DNA from: Deltaproteobacteria bacterium
Lineage (GTDB): Bacteria > SAR324 > NAC60-12
NCBI GenBank assembly: GCA_038150265.1
Contig: JAYOTF010000003.1
Location: 32,001 to 96,000 of the forward strand
DNA: 64,000 bases
Direction: 5' to 3'
Numbering within the stretch: the first letter of the stretch is position 1; each line of letters begins with the position of its first letter. Position numbers and translations under genes: made by a program. The notes under the pieces were generated by a model. It saw nothing but the letters and a program-made list of their open reading frames with translations, ran no database searches and was not told where the DNA came from. Of the stretch, positions 1-10,340 are shown piece by piece.

Positions 1-1134
<1,134 letters not shown>

Positions 1135-1677
1135 TCAACCTTGGATGATGGATTGGCGCACTCGATTCAGCTGATTGCGGAGGCTGCCGTCAATGACGGT
1201 GGAACCGATGCGGGTAACAACACCGCCAATGATGGACGGATCGATTTTTACAGTGACCGACACCTCCTTGCCAGAGGTTTGGGACAGTTGGGACTGGAGG
1301 CTCTGAACCAGCTCGGCAGAGGGTTCCTGGGCCACCGTGACTTCAGCCTCGACCTTGCCCATCGACGCCTTGACGAGTGCATCAAAGGCAATCGCGATGT
1401 CCGGCGCCAGCGCAATGCGGCGCTTGGACAAAAGAAAACGAAGGAAGGTGTGCACGCGGGCGCCGGTGCCCAGCTTCTCCAGCACCGCCACCAGAATGCT
1501 TTCCTTTGCGGTTCCGGACACTCGGGACGAGCTGAGGCTCTCGCGCAGGTCCTCACTGAGGGCGTAGGCCTCGGCAAAATCCTGGAGGTCCTGAACAACG
1601 GTCTCGAGGCTCTTCTCCGGTTGGGCTAGTGCCAGCAGCGCCTTGGCATACCGGCGGGCGATCACAGCTTGGCTCAC
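1135..1677 (-). CDS. atpH: ATP synthase subunit delta
   Basis: IARRYAKAL N-terminus; DPSIIGGVVTRIGSTVIDGSL C-terminus; lies between atpF and atpA. Confidence 0.96.
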   Translation of the reverse strand: MSQAVIARRYAKALLALAQPEKSLETVVQDLQDFAEAYALSEDLRESLSSSRVSGTAKESILVAVLEKLGTGARVHTFLRFLLSKRRIALAPDIAIAFDALVKASMGKVEAEVTVAQEPSAELVQSLQSQLSQTSGKEVSVTVKIDPSIIGGVVTRIGSTVIDGSLRNQLNRVRQSIIQG

Positions 1678-2249
1678 AGGGCCTCCTTCGTTTTCAGGTC
1701 TTGCACAAAGGACTGCATCAGCTCTTCCTGCTTCTTCCCATTGAGCTGGGCGGTGATTTTTTCTTCAGCGAGCTTGACGGACTCTTCCGCCATCCAGGCG
1801 CGCAGTTCCATTTCCGCTTTGCGACGCTCTCGTTGCAGAGCCACCTTGGCCTGCTCGGCCATGTGCTCCACTTCCGCCTTGCCCATCTCCACAATGCGCT
1901 GTCGTTCGGCTTCAGCTTCGGTCCGGGCTCGCTCCACCATTGAGGCGGCTTCCTGCTCGAGCTGGGCCACCTTGGCACGGAGCTCCACGAGCTCGCTGTC
2001 GGCCCGCTTTTCGGCTTCCCGGGCTTCTTCGAGGTTCTGCCGAGCTTGCTGAGCCGAGCCGTTCAGGGCTGCGCTGATCGGGGCCTTCCCAAAGCGATAG
2101 AGGATGAAGATCAGGACGGCAAAGTTGACGACCTTCCAGAGGAAGTCCAGGGAGCTGGAGCCTCCTTCGGCGCCCGCAGCCCAGACAAGGGGGGCCGTCG
2201 CGAGCAACAAGCCGGCACTGGCCAGTCCCGCAGTAAACTTGAGTTTCAT
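1674..2249 (-). CDS. atpF: ATP synthase F0 subunit b
   Basis: Signal-like N-terminus, TM segment WKVVNFAVLIFILYRF, long charged coiled coil; 4-bp overlap with atpH. Confidence 0.9.
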   Translation of the reverse strand: MKLKFTAGLASAGLLLATAPLVWAAGAEGGSSSLDFLWKVVNFAVLIFILYRFGKAPISAALNGSAQQARQNLEEAREAEKRADSELVELRAKVAQLEQEAASMVERARTEAEAERQRIVEMGKAEVEHMAEQAKVALQRERRKAEMELRAWMAEESVKLAEEKITAQLNGKKQEELMQSFVQDLKTKEAL

Positions 2250-2284
2250 GGTGGCTTGAGTGTGGGTTTCAGTGGGCGGGTTGA

Positions 2285-2764
2285 TTAACTCAACAAGCGA
2301 GAGACGGTCGCCGTGGCAACCTGATCCTTCAGAGTCAACAGCTCCTTGTGGGCTTCATCCACTTCGGCAGCCAGCTCACCCCGAGACTTTTCCAGTAACT
2401 CCTCAACAATGACGCGCTCCTTGGCGATCATTTCCTCGCGTTCCTTGAAGCCGGTTTGCTGAATGCTCTGATGCAGGTCTCCCACCTCGGCATAGGCCTG
2501 CGCCAAGCGCGTCTCCACCTCGTGGCGGCTGGATTCGATTTCGGCTGAAATCTTCTGCACCTTCTCCTGAGAGGATTCCACTTCCTGGGCGCGGCTGTCC
2601 AGCGTTCGCAGGACCGGCTGAAACAGAAGCTTGTTGATCACAAAGATCATGACCAGAATGATCACCAGGGTGACCGTTGGGGTCGCCAGTTGCACGTGCA
2701 GGAGACCGAAGTCAGCATTGACTCCTCCCCATGCGTTCTCAACAAAGATCTCTTTGTAATCCAT
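2285..2764 (-). CDS. atpF2: ATP synthase F0 subunit b'
   Basis: TM helix followed by INKLLFQPVLRTLDSR and a coiled coil; first gene of the atp cluster. Confidence 0.85.
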   Translation of the reverse strand: MDYKEIFVENAWGGVNADFGLLHVQLATPTVTLVIILVMIFVINKLLFQPVLRTLDSRAQEVESSQEKVQKISAEIESSRHEVETRLAQAYAEVGDLHQSIQQTGFKEREEMIAKERVIVEELLEKSRGELAAEVDEAHKELLTLKDQVATATVSRLLS

Positions 2765-2885
2765 CTCAGCCCGAATGTAAGGTTTGTTAAGAAAAACGTA
2801 TTAAGTACCTATTTCTCATGAAAAATTCAAGCTCAAGCTTGCTTTAGCCCTCATTTTCGTTCATTTTTTATCGATTAACCTATTC

Positions 2886-3398
2886 ATGCCCCCACCCCCT
2901 CCTCTGCTGCCGTTTCGAATTGGCTCCGGATTTGATGTCCATGCCCTTGTTGAAAATCGCCCCCTGATCCTGGGAGGAATTTCGGTTCCGCATGAACGGG
3001 GCCTGCTCGGACACTCCGATGCCGATGTCCTCACGCATGCCTTGATGGACGCCCTGCTTGGCGCCCTGGCGCTCGGAGACCTCGGGCAGCACTTTCCCGA
3101 CACGGATCCCCGTTACCGTGGGGCCGATAGTGTAAGGCTCCTGGACCACGTCGTCCACCTCATTCAGCAAGAGGGGTATGTTTTGGGGAATGCCGACCTG
3201 ACGCTGATCGCCCAGCGCCCCAAACTCGCCCCGCACCTGCCTGCCATGCGCGAGAACCTGGCGGCGGCCCTCCAGGTGGAGCCCCCTCAGGTTTCCATCA
3301 AGGCCACCACCACCGAGAGGCTCGGGTTCACGGGCCGAGAAGAAGGAATTGCCGCGCAAGCCACCGTCCTCCTGCTCGCGGTAGCCAAAAAAGCTTGA
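2886..3398 (+). CDS. ispF: 2-C-methyl-D-erythritol 2,4-cyclodiphosphate synthase
   Basis: [49 protein letters not shown] motifs. Confidence 0.97.
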   Translation: MPPPPPLLPFRIGSGFDVHALVENRPLILGGISVPHERGLLGHSDADVLTHALMDALLGALALGDLGQHFPDTDPRYRGADSVRLLDHVVHLIQQEGYVLGNADLTLIAQRPKLAPHLPAMRENLAAALQVEPPQVSIKATTTERLGFTGREEGIAAQATVLLLAVAKKA

Positions 3399-3423
3399 AG
3401 CCCATGGCAAAGTCCGCTATTTT
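3395..3423 (+). promoter_or_regulatory. Candidate sigma70 promoter for fusA
   Basis: TTGAAG-N17-TATTTT about 55 nt upstream of the fusA ATG; partial consensus match only. Confidence 0.25.
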
Positions 3424-3478
3424 GGCGGATTATTCATTTTTTGTCTTTCAGCAGATCACCCTACAAAAGGCACGGAAC

Positions 3479-5584
3479 ATGGACGCTGCAGCGCAGAAAA
3501 TTCTGGAGTCCACTCGCAACATTGGTATTTCCGCACACATTGACAGTGGTAAGACCACCCTGACAGAACGCATCCTGTTCTACGCAGGGAAGATTCACAA
3601 AATTGAGGAAGTTCGGGGAGGTGGCTCCGGGGCAACCATGGACCACATGGACCTGGAGAAGGAAAAGGGCATCACCATCACCTCTGCCGCCACAACCGTT
3701 GGGTGGAAAGACAAGAAGATCAACATCATCGACACCCCTGGGCACGTGGACTTCACGGTTGAGGTGGAGCGTTCCCTGCGTGTGCTTGATGGTGCCATCC
3801 TCGTGCTCTGCGGCGTCGCCGGCGTCCAGTCTCAGTCCCTGACCGTTGACCGGCAGATGAAGCGCTACCGCGTGCCGCGCCTGGCCTTCATCAACAAGCT
3901 GGACCGCATGGGGGCGAACCCCTTCCGCGGCATCGAGGGCATCCGGGAGCAACTGGGCCTCAACGCCGTCGCCATGCAGCTGCCGATTGGACTGGAAGAC
4001 GAGCACAACGGCGTGGTCGACCTCGTTACCATGAAGGCCATCTTCTTCGACGGCGACCGCGGGGAAACCGTCCGCTTCGATGAAATTCCGGCGGACATGA
4101 AGGACGAGGCGGAAGAGAAGCGTCAGGAGATGCTCGAAGCCGTCTCCATGTTCGATGAGCAGATGATGGAAGACCTCCTTGAAGAGAAGGAGATTCCGGA
4201 AGAGGCCATCCACGCCGCCATCAAAAAGGGCGTCCAGAGCCTGGGCCTCTGCCCGGTGTACATGGGAAGTGCCTTCAAGAACAAAGGCGTTCAGGTGCTG
4301 CTTGATGCCATCACCCGCTACCTGCCTTCCCCACTGGAAGCAGAAAACATGCGGGCCATCAACCTGGAAGACGAGTCCACCATTCAGCTCAAGGCCGATC
4401 CGGACCTCCCCACGGTCGCCATGGCCTTCAAGCTGACCGAAGAGCAGTTTGGTCAGCTGACCTATACCCGCATCTACCAGGGTCGCCTCAACAAGGGAGA
4501 GCAGATCGTCAACGTCCGGACCGGCAAGAAGCTGCGGGTGGGACGCATGGTCCGCATGCACTCCAATGACCGCGAGAACATTGACACCGCAGAGGCCGGT
4601 GACATCATCGCCATGGTCGGCGTCGAGTGTGCCTCCGGTGATACCTTCTGCGGCGACGGCATCAAGGTGTCCTGCGAATCCATGTACGTCCCGGTCCCGG
4701 TGATTTCTCTCGCCGTGAAGGGCAAGGACAACGAGCACCAGATGCGCATGAGCAAGGCCCTGAGCCGCTTCATGCGGGAAGACCCGACCTTCCGGGTGTC
4801 GTCTGACGAAGAGTCCAAGGAGACCATCATCTCCGGAATGGGCGAGCTGCACCTCGAGATCTACATCGAGCGCATGCGCCGTGAGTACAATGCCGAGGTC
4901 ATCGTCGGAGCCCCGCAGGTCAACTACCGCGAAGCCATCACCACCCCAGCCAACTTCGACTACCTCCACAAGAAGCAGACCGGAGGCTCCGGACAGTTCG
5001 CTGGAGTTGCCGGCAGCATTGAGCCCCTGGAAGAAGGCGCCGAGGAGAACTTCGAGTTCGTCAACGCCATCTTCGGAGGATCCATCCCGGGCGAACACAT
5101 CCCGGCTTGTGAGAAGGGCTTCCAGGATGTCATGGAAAAAGGGCCGCTGGCCGCCTTCCCCATGGTGGGCGTCAAGGTGACCCTGAAGGATGGAAAGTAC
5201 CACGACGTGGACTCCAGTGACCTCGCTTACCGGATTGCCTCTCGCCAGGCGATGAAGCAGGCCGTCGCCAAGGCCCACCCGGTTCTGCTGGAGCCGATCA
5301 TGAAGGTGGAAGTGGAAACCCCAGCCGACTACCAGGGCTCGGTGATGGGAGACCTCAGCTCCCGCCGGGGCATGATCTACGGCTCTGAAGTCAAGGGAGA
5401 CGACACCGTGATCACCTGCGGAGTTCCGCTCGGCGAAATGTTCGGCTATGCCACCGAGCTTCGCTCCATGACCGCCGGTAAGGCTTCTTACTCCATGGAG
5501 TTTGAGAAGTATTCCGCCGCTCCCGCCTTCGTGCAGGAGAAGGTCATCAAGGAGCGCCAGGAGAAGCTCAAAGACGAAGATTGA
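3479..5584 (+). CDS. fusA: Elongation factor G (stand-alone, HIDSGKT type)
   Basis: [60 protein letters not shown]; start taken at ATG 3479 (MDAAAQK). Confidence 0.97.
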   Translation: MDAAAQKILESTRNIGISAHIDSGKTTLTERILFYAGKIHKIEEVRGGGSGATMDHMDLEKEKGITITSAATTVGWKDKKINIIDTPGHVDFTVEVERSLRVLDGAILVLCGVAGVQSQSLTVDRQMKRYRVPRLAFINKLDRMGANPFRGIEGIREQLGLNAVAMQLPIGLEDEHNGVVDLVTMKAIFFDGDRGETVRFDEIPADMKDEAEEKRQEMLEAVSMFDEQMMEDLLEEKEIPEEAIHAAIKKGVQSLGLCPVYMGSAFKNKGVQVLLDAITRYLPSPLEAENMRAINLEDESTIQLKADPDLPTVAMAFKLTEEQFGQLTYTRIYQGRLNKGEQIVNVRTGKKLRVGRMVRMHSNDRENIDTAEAGDIIAMVGVECASGDTFCGDGIKVSCESMYVPVPVISLAVKGKDNEHQMRMSKALSRFMREDPTFRVSSDEESKETIISGMGELHLEIYIERMRREYNAEVIVGAPQVNYREAITTPANFDYLHKKQTGGSGQFAGVAGSIEPLEEGAEENFEFVNAIFGGSIPGEHIPACEKGFQDVMEKGPLAAFPMVGVKVTLKDGKYHDVDSSDLAYRIASRQAMKQAVAKAHPVLLEPIMKVEVETPADYQGSVMGDLSSRRGMIYGSEVKGDDTVITCGVPLGEMFGYATELRSMTAGKASYSMEFEKYSAAPAFVQEKVIKERQEKLKDED

Positions 5585-5595
5585 TCATCGTCTCC

Positions 5596-5623
5596 ACGGA
5601 CGTGGCCCTCGGGTCACGTCCGT
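5596..5623. terminator. Hairpin between convergent fusA and dctD (probable bidirectional terminator or stabiliser)
   Basis: ACGGACGTGGCC-CTCG-GGTCACGTCCGT, 12-bp stem with one G-U pair; no strong U-tract. Confidence 0.6.
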
Positions 5624-5633
5624 CCCCTCCTTC

Positions 5634-6998
5634 CTACAAGTAATCCTCTCGATCAATTCCGTAGTTCTGCATCTTCTGATTCAGAGTCCGGCGCGGAACG
5701 TCCAGCTCCTCCAGCACCGCCTTGATGCTCCCCTGATGTCGCTTCAGGGCCTGCTCAATGAGCCGTTTTTCATAATCGGCCACCTGCTCCGTCAGCGTCC
5801 GTTCCGGACGACCTGAAGCAGGTAGATTCATCCGGGAACGCAGCAGCACGTCCCACCCGGAAGTTCCGGAACTCAAGACAAAGCGCTCGGCCACATTTTT
5901 CAGCTCCCGGACATTTCCGGGCCACAGGTGCCGGGTCAGCACATCAATGTCGTGTCCGTTCCGCGGGCGGGCTTCTCGTCCATGTGCCGTTTGCGCCGCG
6001 CTGACAAAGTGCTCAAAGAGCAGCGGGATGTCCTCCTGACGGTCCCGGAGCGCCGGCAGAAACAGCTCGGCAACGGCCAACCGGTAGTAGAGGTCTTCCC
6101 GGAAGGTTCCGGACTCGCTGGCTTCCCGCAGATCCTGTTTGGTCGCTGCGGTCACTCGAATGTCCACGGCCTTGGCCCGGTTGGCTCCCACACGCAGCAC
6201 CTCGTGTTCCTGCAGCGTCCGGAGGAGCTTGATCTGCAGGCTCAGCGGCATGCCTTCAATCTCATCCAGCAGCACCGTCCCCCGGTCAGCAAACTCCAGG
6301 CGCCCGACCCGTGCCTTGGAGGCTCCCGTGAAGGCTCCGGACTCGTGGCCAAAGAGTTCGCTCTCAAACAGGTTCTCCGGAATCGCTCCGCAGTTGATCG
6401 GCACAAAAGCGTTCCGGACCCGAGGGCTGAAGTCGTGAAGGCACCGCGCCACCAGTTCCTTGCCGGTTCCCGTCTCACCATGAATCAGGACACTGGCGTT
6501 GGTTTCCGCGAGGTCCAGCACCTGCTGCCGCAGGCGTTCCATGGCTGGTGAGGTGCCCAGCAACCGAGCCTCAATGCGGTTCCGGTTTGAAAGCATCCGG
6601 CGCAGGGATTCGTTTTCCAGCACCAGCCGTCGCTGGCGGCACCCTCGCCGGACGGATTCCAGCAGGCGCTCCGGATCATAAGGCTTCTCAATGAAGTCAA
6701 AGGCGCCGCTCTGCATCGCCTGCACGGCCATGGCAATGTCGCCGTGCCCTGTCAGCAGGATCACCGGTAGATCCGGAAACGTTTCGTGGAGCTTCTGCAG
6801 GAGCTGCATCCCATCCATGCCGGGCATCCGGACGTCTGAAACCACCACCCCGGGGAAGTCCCAGTGAGCCTGCTCCAGAGCCTGAACCGCCGAAGCGCAC
6901 GGAGTGACCTCAAAGTCATAAAGCTCCAGCCACTGCTGTGCCGACTGGCGGACCGGTGCTTCATCATCAACAAACAGAACGTTTCGAACTTCACGCAT
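5634..6998 (-). CDS. dctD: Sigma54-dependent response regulator, DctD type
   Basis: Receiver (VDDE, SDVRMPGMDG, TGHG, EKP), AAA+ GETGTGKE, GAFTGA, WPGNVREL, C-terminal HTH; start ATG 6998 overlaps the dctB stop. Confidence 0.92.
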   Translation of the reverse strand: MREVRNVLFVDDEAPVRQSAQQWLELYDFEVTPCASAVQALEQAHWDFPGVVVSDVRMPGMDGMQLLQKLHETFPDLPVILLTGHGDIAMAVQAMQSGAFDFIEKPYDPERLLESVRRGCRQRRLVLENESLRRMLSNRNRIEARLLGTSPAMERLRQQVLDLAETNASVLIHGETGTGKELVARCLHDFSPRVRNAFVPINCGAIPENLFESELFGHESGAFTGASKARVGRLEFADRGTVLLDEIEGMPLSLQIKLLRTLQEHEVLRVGANRAKAVDIRVTAATKQDLREASESGTFREDLYYRLAVAELFLPALRDRQEDIPLLFEHFVSAAQTAHGREARPRNGHDIDVLTRHLWPGNVRELKNVAERFVLSSGTSGWDVLLRSRMNLPASGRPERTLTEQVADYEKRLIEQALKRHQGSIKAVLEELDVPRRTLNQKMQNYGIDREDYL

Positions 6999-8742
6999 AA
7001 GCAGCAAGAGGGAGGACAAGGATGAAAGCAGCGCCTCCGGAGTCTCGGTTGGCCGCCCGGATGTGTCCCCGGTGGGCCTGAGCGATGCCATAGGCGATGG
7101 AAAGCCCGAGCCCCAACCCCTGCCCATCTTGCTTGCGCGTGAAGAAGGGCTCAAAGAGGTGGGGCAGGTCTTCCGGATCAATGCCGGGGCCGGTGTCGAG
7201 GAACTCCACCTGAACCTGGTGCTCGTCCTGAGCCGCCCGGATGATGAGTTCCTGATGGGGAACCGCCTCCATCACATCCAGCGCATTGGAGATGAGGTTG
7301 ACAAAGAGCTGCTGGAGCTGAAGCGGGTCCCCAGTGACCTCAATCGGCTCCTCCCACCCTTCAGTCCGGATGCTCAGAGACGGATCTTCCCGGCGTTCCA
7401 CAAACAGGTCCAGCGCATACCGGAGGACCGCGTTGAGGTTGGCCTGAGTGGCGGTCTGTTCAGACTTGCGGGCAAAGACCTTGAGCTGCCGGGCAATCGC
7501 CGAGACGCTCTGAACCAGCGTCAGGAGGCGTTCGAGGTTTTCCTCAACGACCTCCACCCGCTTCTTCTGCAGCAGCAGCCGGGAGCTGGCCACAAAGGTC
7601 TGCATCGCCGTCAGGGGCTGGTTCAGCTCATGGGCAACGGCAGCAGACATCTGCCCCAGGGCAGCCAGCTTTCCTGCCTGAATCAGCTCCCGTTGCGTGG
7701 CCTGAAGCTCTCGGGTCCGCTCGTCCACACGCTGCTCCAGTTGGTCCCGAGACTCCTGAAGCGACCGCATCTTCGCCAGCCGTTCACGTTGAAACAGGGC
7801 CAGCGCGCTCAAGAGCCCGAGGATGCCCAGAGCCGCCAGCGCCGATTCTCCCGCTCGCTGCTGCACCGGTGTCAGGGGCGTCAGGTAGTAAAGGGTCCAG
7901 CCCAGCTCTTCCAGCGGCAGCTCCTGCACCATGTACTCTCCCACCGCATCTTCCGGAACCGTCAGCAGGCGTGAGGCAGACCACCAGGAGGGCTTCACCG
8001 CTCCGAGTGGTGCGAGGCTGACGCCTTCGTACTGGCGTTGCTGCTGAATGGAACGCTGGTCCTCTTCACTGAGGAGCCGGAGGGTCTGGAAGCGCCACTC
8101 CTTGCGACTCGAGAGGGCAATCACCCCACGGGCATCGGCCACCAACACGTTTTCCTGGGCGGTCGACCAGTCGGTCTGCAAGCCCTCCAGGCTGATCTTC
8201 ACCACTGTGACGCCAGCGACCGTGCTGCGGCGAGAGACCGAGTGAGAGATGTAGTAACCCGGCTGGCCCGTTGTGGTGCCAATGGCATAAAACCGACCTG
8301 TTCTCTGTGAGTAGGCCTGCTGAAAGTAAGGGCGGTACAGGAAGGACTTGCCAATCAGGGAATCAGCCGCCTCAAAGTTACTGGACGCGACGGTGGTGCC
8401 TTGATCATCGAGCACATAAAGCAGGGCGGCGCCCGAGCGCTCGGCCACCCGCTGGAGCTTGCGGCTCACATGAGCCTGCAGCGGTGCGCGCGTAAAGTCC
8501 TGACTCCGGAGCAGCGCCTGCACCGAAGGATCTTCTGAAAGGATAAAGGGCAGGTACTGGTACTGGGCAATGGCTCCGCGAAGGCTGCTTCCGTAAAGGC
8601 TGAGGCGCGAGGTCGCCTGCTCCTGAAGCTCGGCCTCAGCAGTCCGCCACCCCTGGTAGGCCGCCAGAGACGTCAGGCCTCCGACTCCGATGAGGAGCAG
8701 AAGGCCAATGAGGAAGCGTCGAGGAGGGACTTGCGAAACCAT
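6991..8742 (-). CDS. dctB: C4-dicarboxylate sensor histidine kinase, DctB type
   Basis: Two TMs flanking a dCache domain with SFLYRPYFQQA and YAIGTTTGQPGYY; H-box AHELNQPL; N, G1, F and G2 boxes. Confidence 0.92.
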   Translation of the reverse strand: MVSQVPPRRFLIGLLLLIGVGGLTSLAAYQGWRTAEAELQEQATSRLSLYGSSLRGAIAQYQYLPFILSEDPSVQALLRSQDFTRAPLQAHVSRKLQRVAERSGAALLYVLDDQGTTVASSNFEAADSLIGKSFLYRPYFQQAYSQRTGRFYAIGTTTGQPGYYISHSVSRRSTVAGVTVVKISLEGLQTDWSTAQENVLVADARGVIALSSRKEWRFQTLRLLSEEDQRSIQQQRQYEGVSLAPLGAVKPSWWSASRLLTVPEDAVGEYMVQELPLEELGWTLYYLTPLTPVQQRAGESALAALGILGLLSALALFQRERLAKMRSLQESRDQLEQRVDERTRELQATQRELIQAGKLAALGQMSAAVAHELNQPLTAMQTFVASSRLLLQKKRVEVVEENLERLLTLVQSVSAIARQLKVFARKSEQTATQANLNAVLRYALDLFVERREDPSLSIRTEGWEEPIEVTGDPLQLQQLFVNLISNALDVMEAVPHQELIIRAAQDEHQVQVEFLDTGPGIDPEDLPHLFEPFFTRKQDGQGLGLGLSIAYGIAQAHRGHIRAANRDSGGAAFILVLPLAAYA

Positions 8743-8794
8743 TGGCCTTCTGGAAGGAGGGTCCTCCGGACAGAGGAATCCGGAGGTGGGTGCG

Positions 8795-9790
8795 TTACTG
8801 CTGCTCGCTATTCAGCGTCTTGCCATGCTCGGTCCAGAACTTCTTGGCGCCGTCGTGGACAGGCGTGACAATGCCGGTCAGGCCGGCATCAATGCTCATG
8901 GCCTTCGCCGTGGACTTCACCGAAACCAGGTACTTCAGGCCGGCATCCGCAAAGACCTGCTTGACGGCGTCATAGACAATGTCTTCCGAGACGTGGCGTC
9001 CAGCAGTCCACAGCGCTGAATCCTGCACGGTGACGACATCGTAGTCGACTCCCTGATAAGTTCCAGCAGGAATCACCACCTTCGAGTAGAAGGGGTAATC
9101 CTTGAAGAGCTTTCCGTTCTTCTCTGCTTCCGCATAGACCTGAATCAGGCGGATGGGATTGGAGGCCGCAGCCTGAATCACGGAAGAGTTCGGGAATCCG
9201 GCAAAGACCCAGAGGGCTGCTACCTGGTTGTCTCCCAACGCCGAGGCGCCCTGGTTGTAGCCGACAAACTGCGGGTCGATCTTGTCCCAGATGCCCACGC
9301 TCTCAAAGTACCGCTGAGCCGAGGCAGCCGCTCCGGAGCCAGCCGCCCCCACAGCCACCTTCTTGCCCACCAGTCCTTCAACGGTGGTGATGCCCGAGTT
9401 TTCCAGCACAATCAGGTGAGCCGGAGCACCGTAGAGGTAGGCCACCGCGTGAACGTTCCGGTACTTCTTCGTGTCCTTGGTCAAGCGTCCGTTGCGTCCC
9501 AGGTAGAGGTCTCCGGAGTAGGTGATGCCAAAGTCGGCATCCTTGGAATTCACCCGGCGCAGGTTTTCCACCGAGCCCGCAGAGGCCATGTTCGACACCT
9601 CAAGGTCCCCCATGTTCTTCGACAGGTAGGTGGACATGCCATTGGAGAAGTACTGGAAGGTCCCTCCGTCTGGGCCACCCGAGAAGGCCAGGTACTTTTG
9701 GGCGGAAGCCGGAGTGGCCAGCAGCAGGGCAGCTGCCAGGGTCGACGTCAGCGCCGAGGCCGTTTTGCGAAAGATGCGGTTCAGTTGCAT
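8795..9790 (-). CDS. TAXI-family TRAP substrate-binding protein
   Basis: Signal peptide; GGPDGGTF, SAGSVENLR, GAAGSG; C-terminal TPVHDGAKKFW. Confidence 0.92.
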   Translation of the reverse strand: MQLNRIFRKTASALTSTLAAALLLATPASAQKYLAFSGGPDGGTFQYFSNGMSTYLSKNMGDLEVSNMASAGSVENLRRVNSKDADFGITYSGDLYLGRNGRLTKDTKKYRNVHAVAYLYGAPAHLIVLENSGITTVEGLVGKKVAVGAAGSGAAASAQRYFESVGIWDKIDPQFVGYNQGASALGDNQVAALWVFAGFPNSSVIQAAASNPIRLIQVYAEAEKNGKLFKDYPFYSKVVIPAGTYQGVDYDVVTVQDSALWTAGRHVSEDIVYDAVKQVFADAGLKYLVSVKSTAKAMSIDAGLTGIVTPVHDGAKKFWTEHGKTLNSEQQ

Positions 9791-9853
9791 GAGGTTCTCC
9801 TATTAGGTTAAACAAACGTCAGCACCCGGCGTTCCGGATGCCGCACACCCGGT

Positions 9854-10321
9854 TCACCCCTGCTCCCGGTGGGGGACAGCGGGACGGTGGGGCACCGTCA
9901 GAACCGGAATGGGCGAATTGCGGACCACCCGCTCCGCCGTTGAGCCAATCAGCACATGCTCCAGTGCCGAATGCCCCGTACTCCCCAAAATGATCAGATC
10001 GGCCTGCACGCGTTCGGCCTCAAGCAGAATCTCCCGGAACCCGACTCCGGCCAGAACCTGTGCCGTCCAGTGCTGTTCGGCAAAGTGCTGGTGGCAAAAG
10101 GCCTGAAGGTCTTCTTCTGCCACCCGAAGCACCTCATGGCTCAGGGACTGAAAGACCTCATCGGTCAGGCGCTTGCGTCGACGGTCCACCAGCTCGGTTA
10201 CCACATGAACAACATGCAGTTGAGCGCCAGTGAGCTTCAGCAGTTCGTGGACGTACTTACAGGTTTCCTCGGCTCCTTCAGAAAAATCTGTGGCCAGTAA
10301 CAGGGTTTGAAATTGAGTCAC
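9854..10321 (-). CDS. Universal stress protein (UspA family)
   Basis: LLATDFS; DLIILGSTGHSALEHVLIGSTAERVVRNSPIPVLTV. Confidence 0.93.
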   Translation of the reverse strand: MTQFQTLLLATDFSEGAEETCKYVHELLKLTGAQLHVVHVVTELVDRRRKRLTDEVFQSLSHEVLRVAEEDLQAFCHQHFAEQHWTAQVLAGVGFREILLEAERVQADLIILGSTGHSALEHVLIGSTAERVVRNSPIPVLTVPHRPAVPHREQG

Positions 10322-10340
10322 ACCTTCCTCGTGTCAGTCA

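Noticed and set aside
3461..5278. 605-aa minus-strand ORF
   Set aside because: Antisense shadow of fusA; no motifs.
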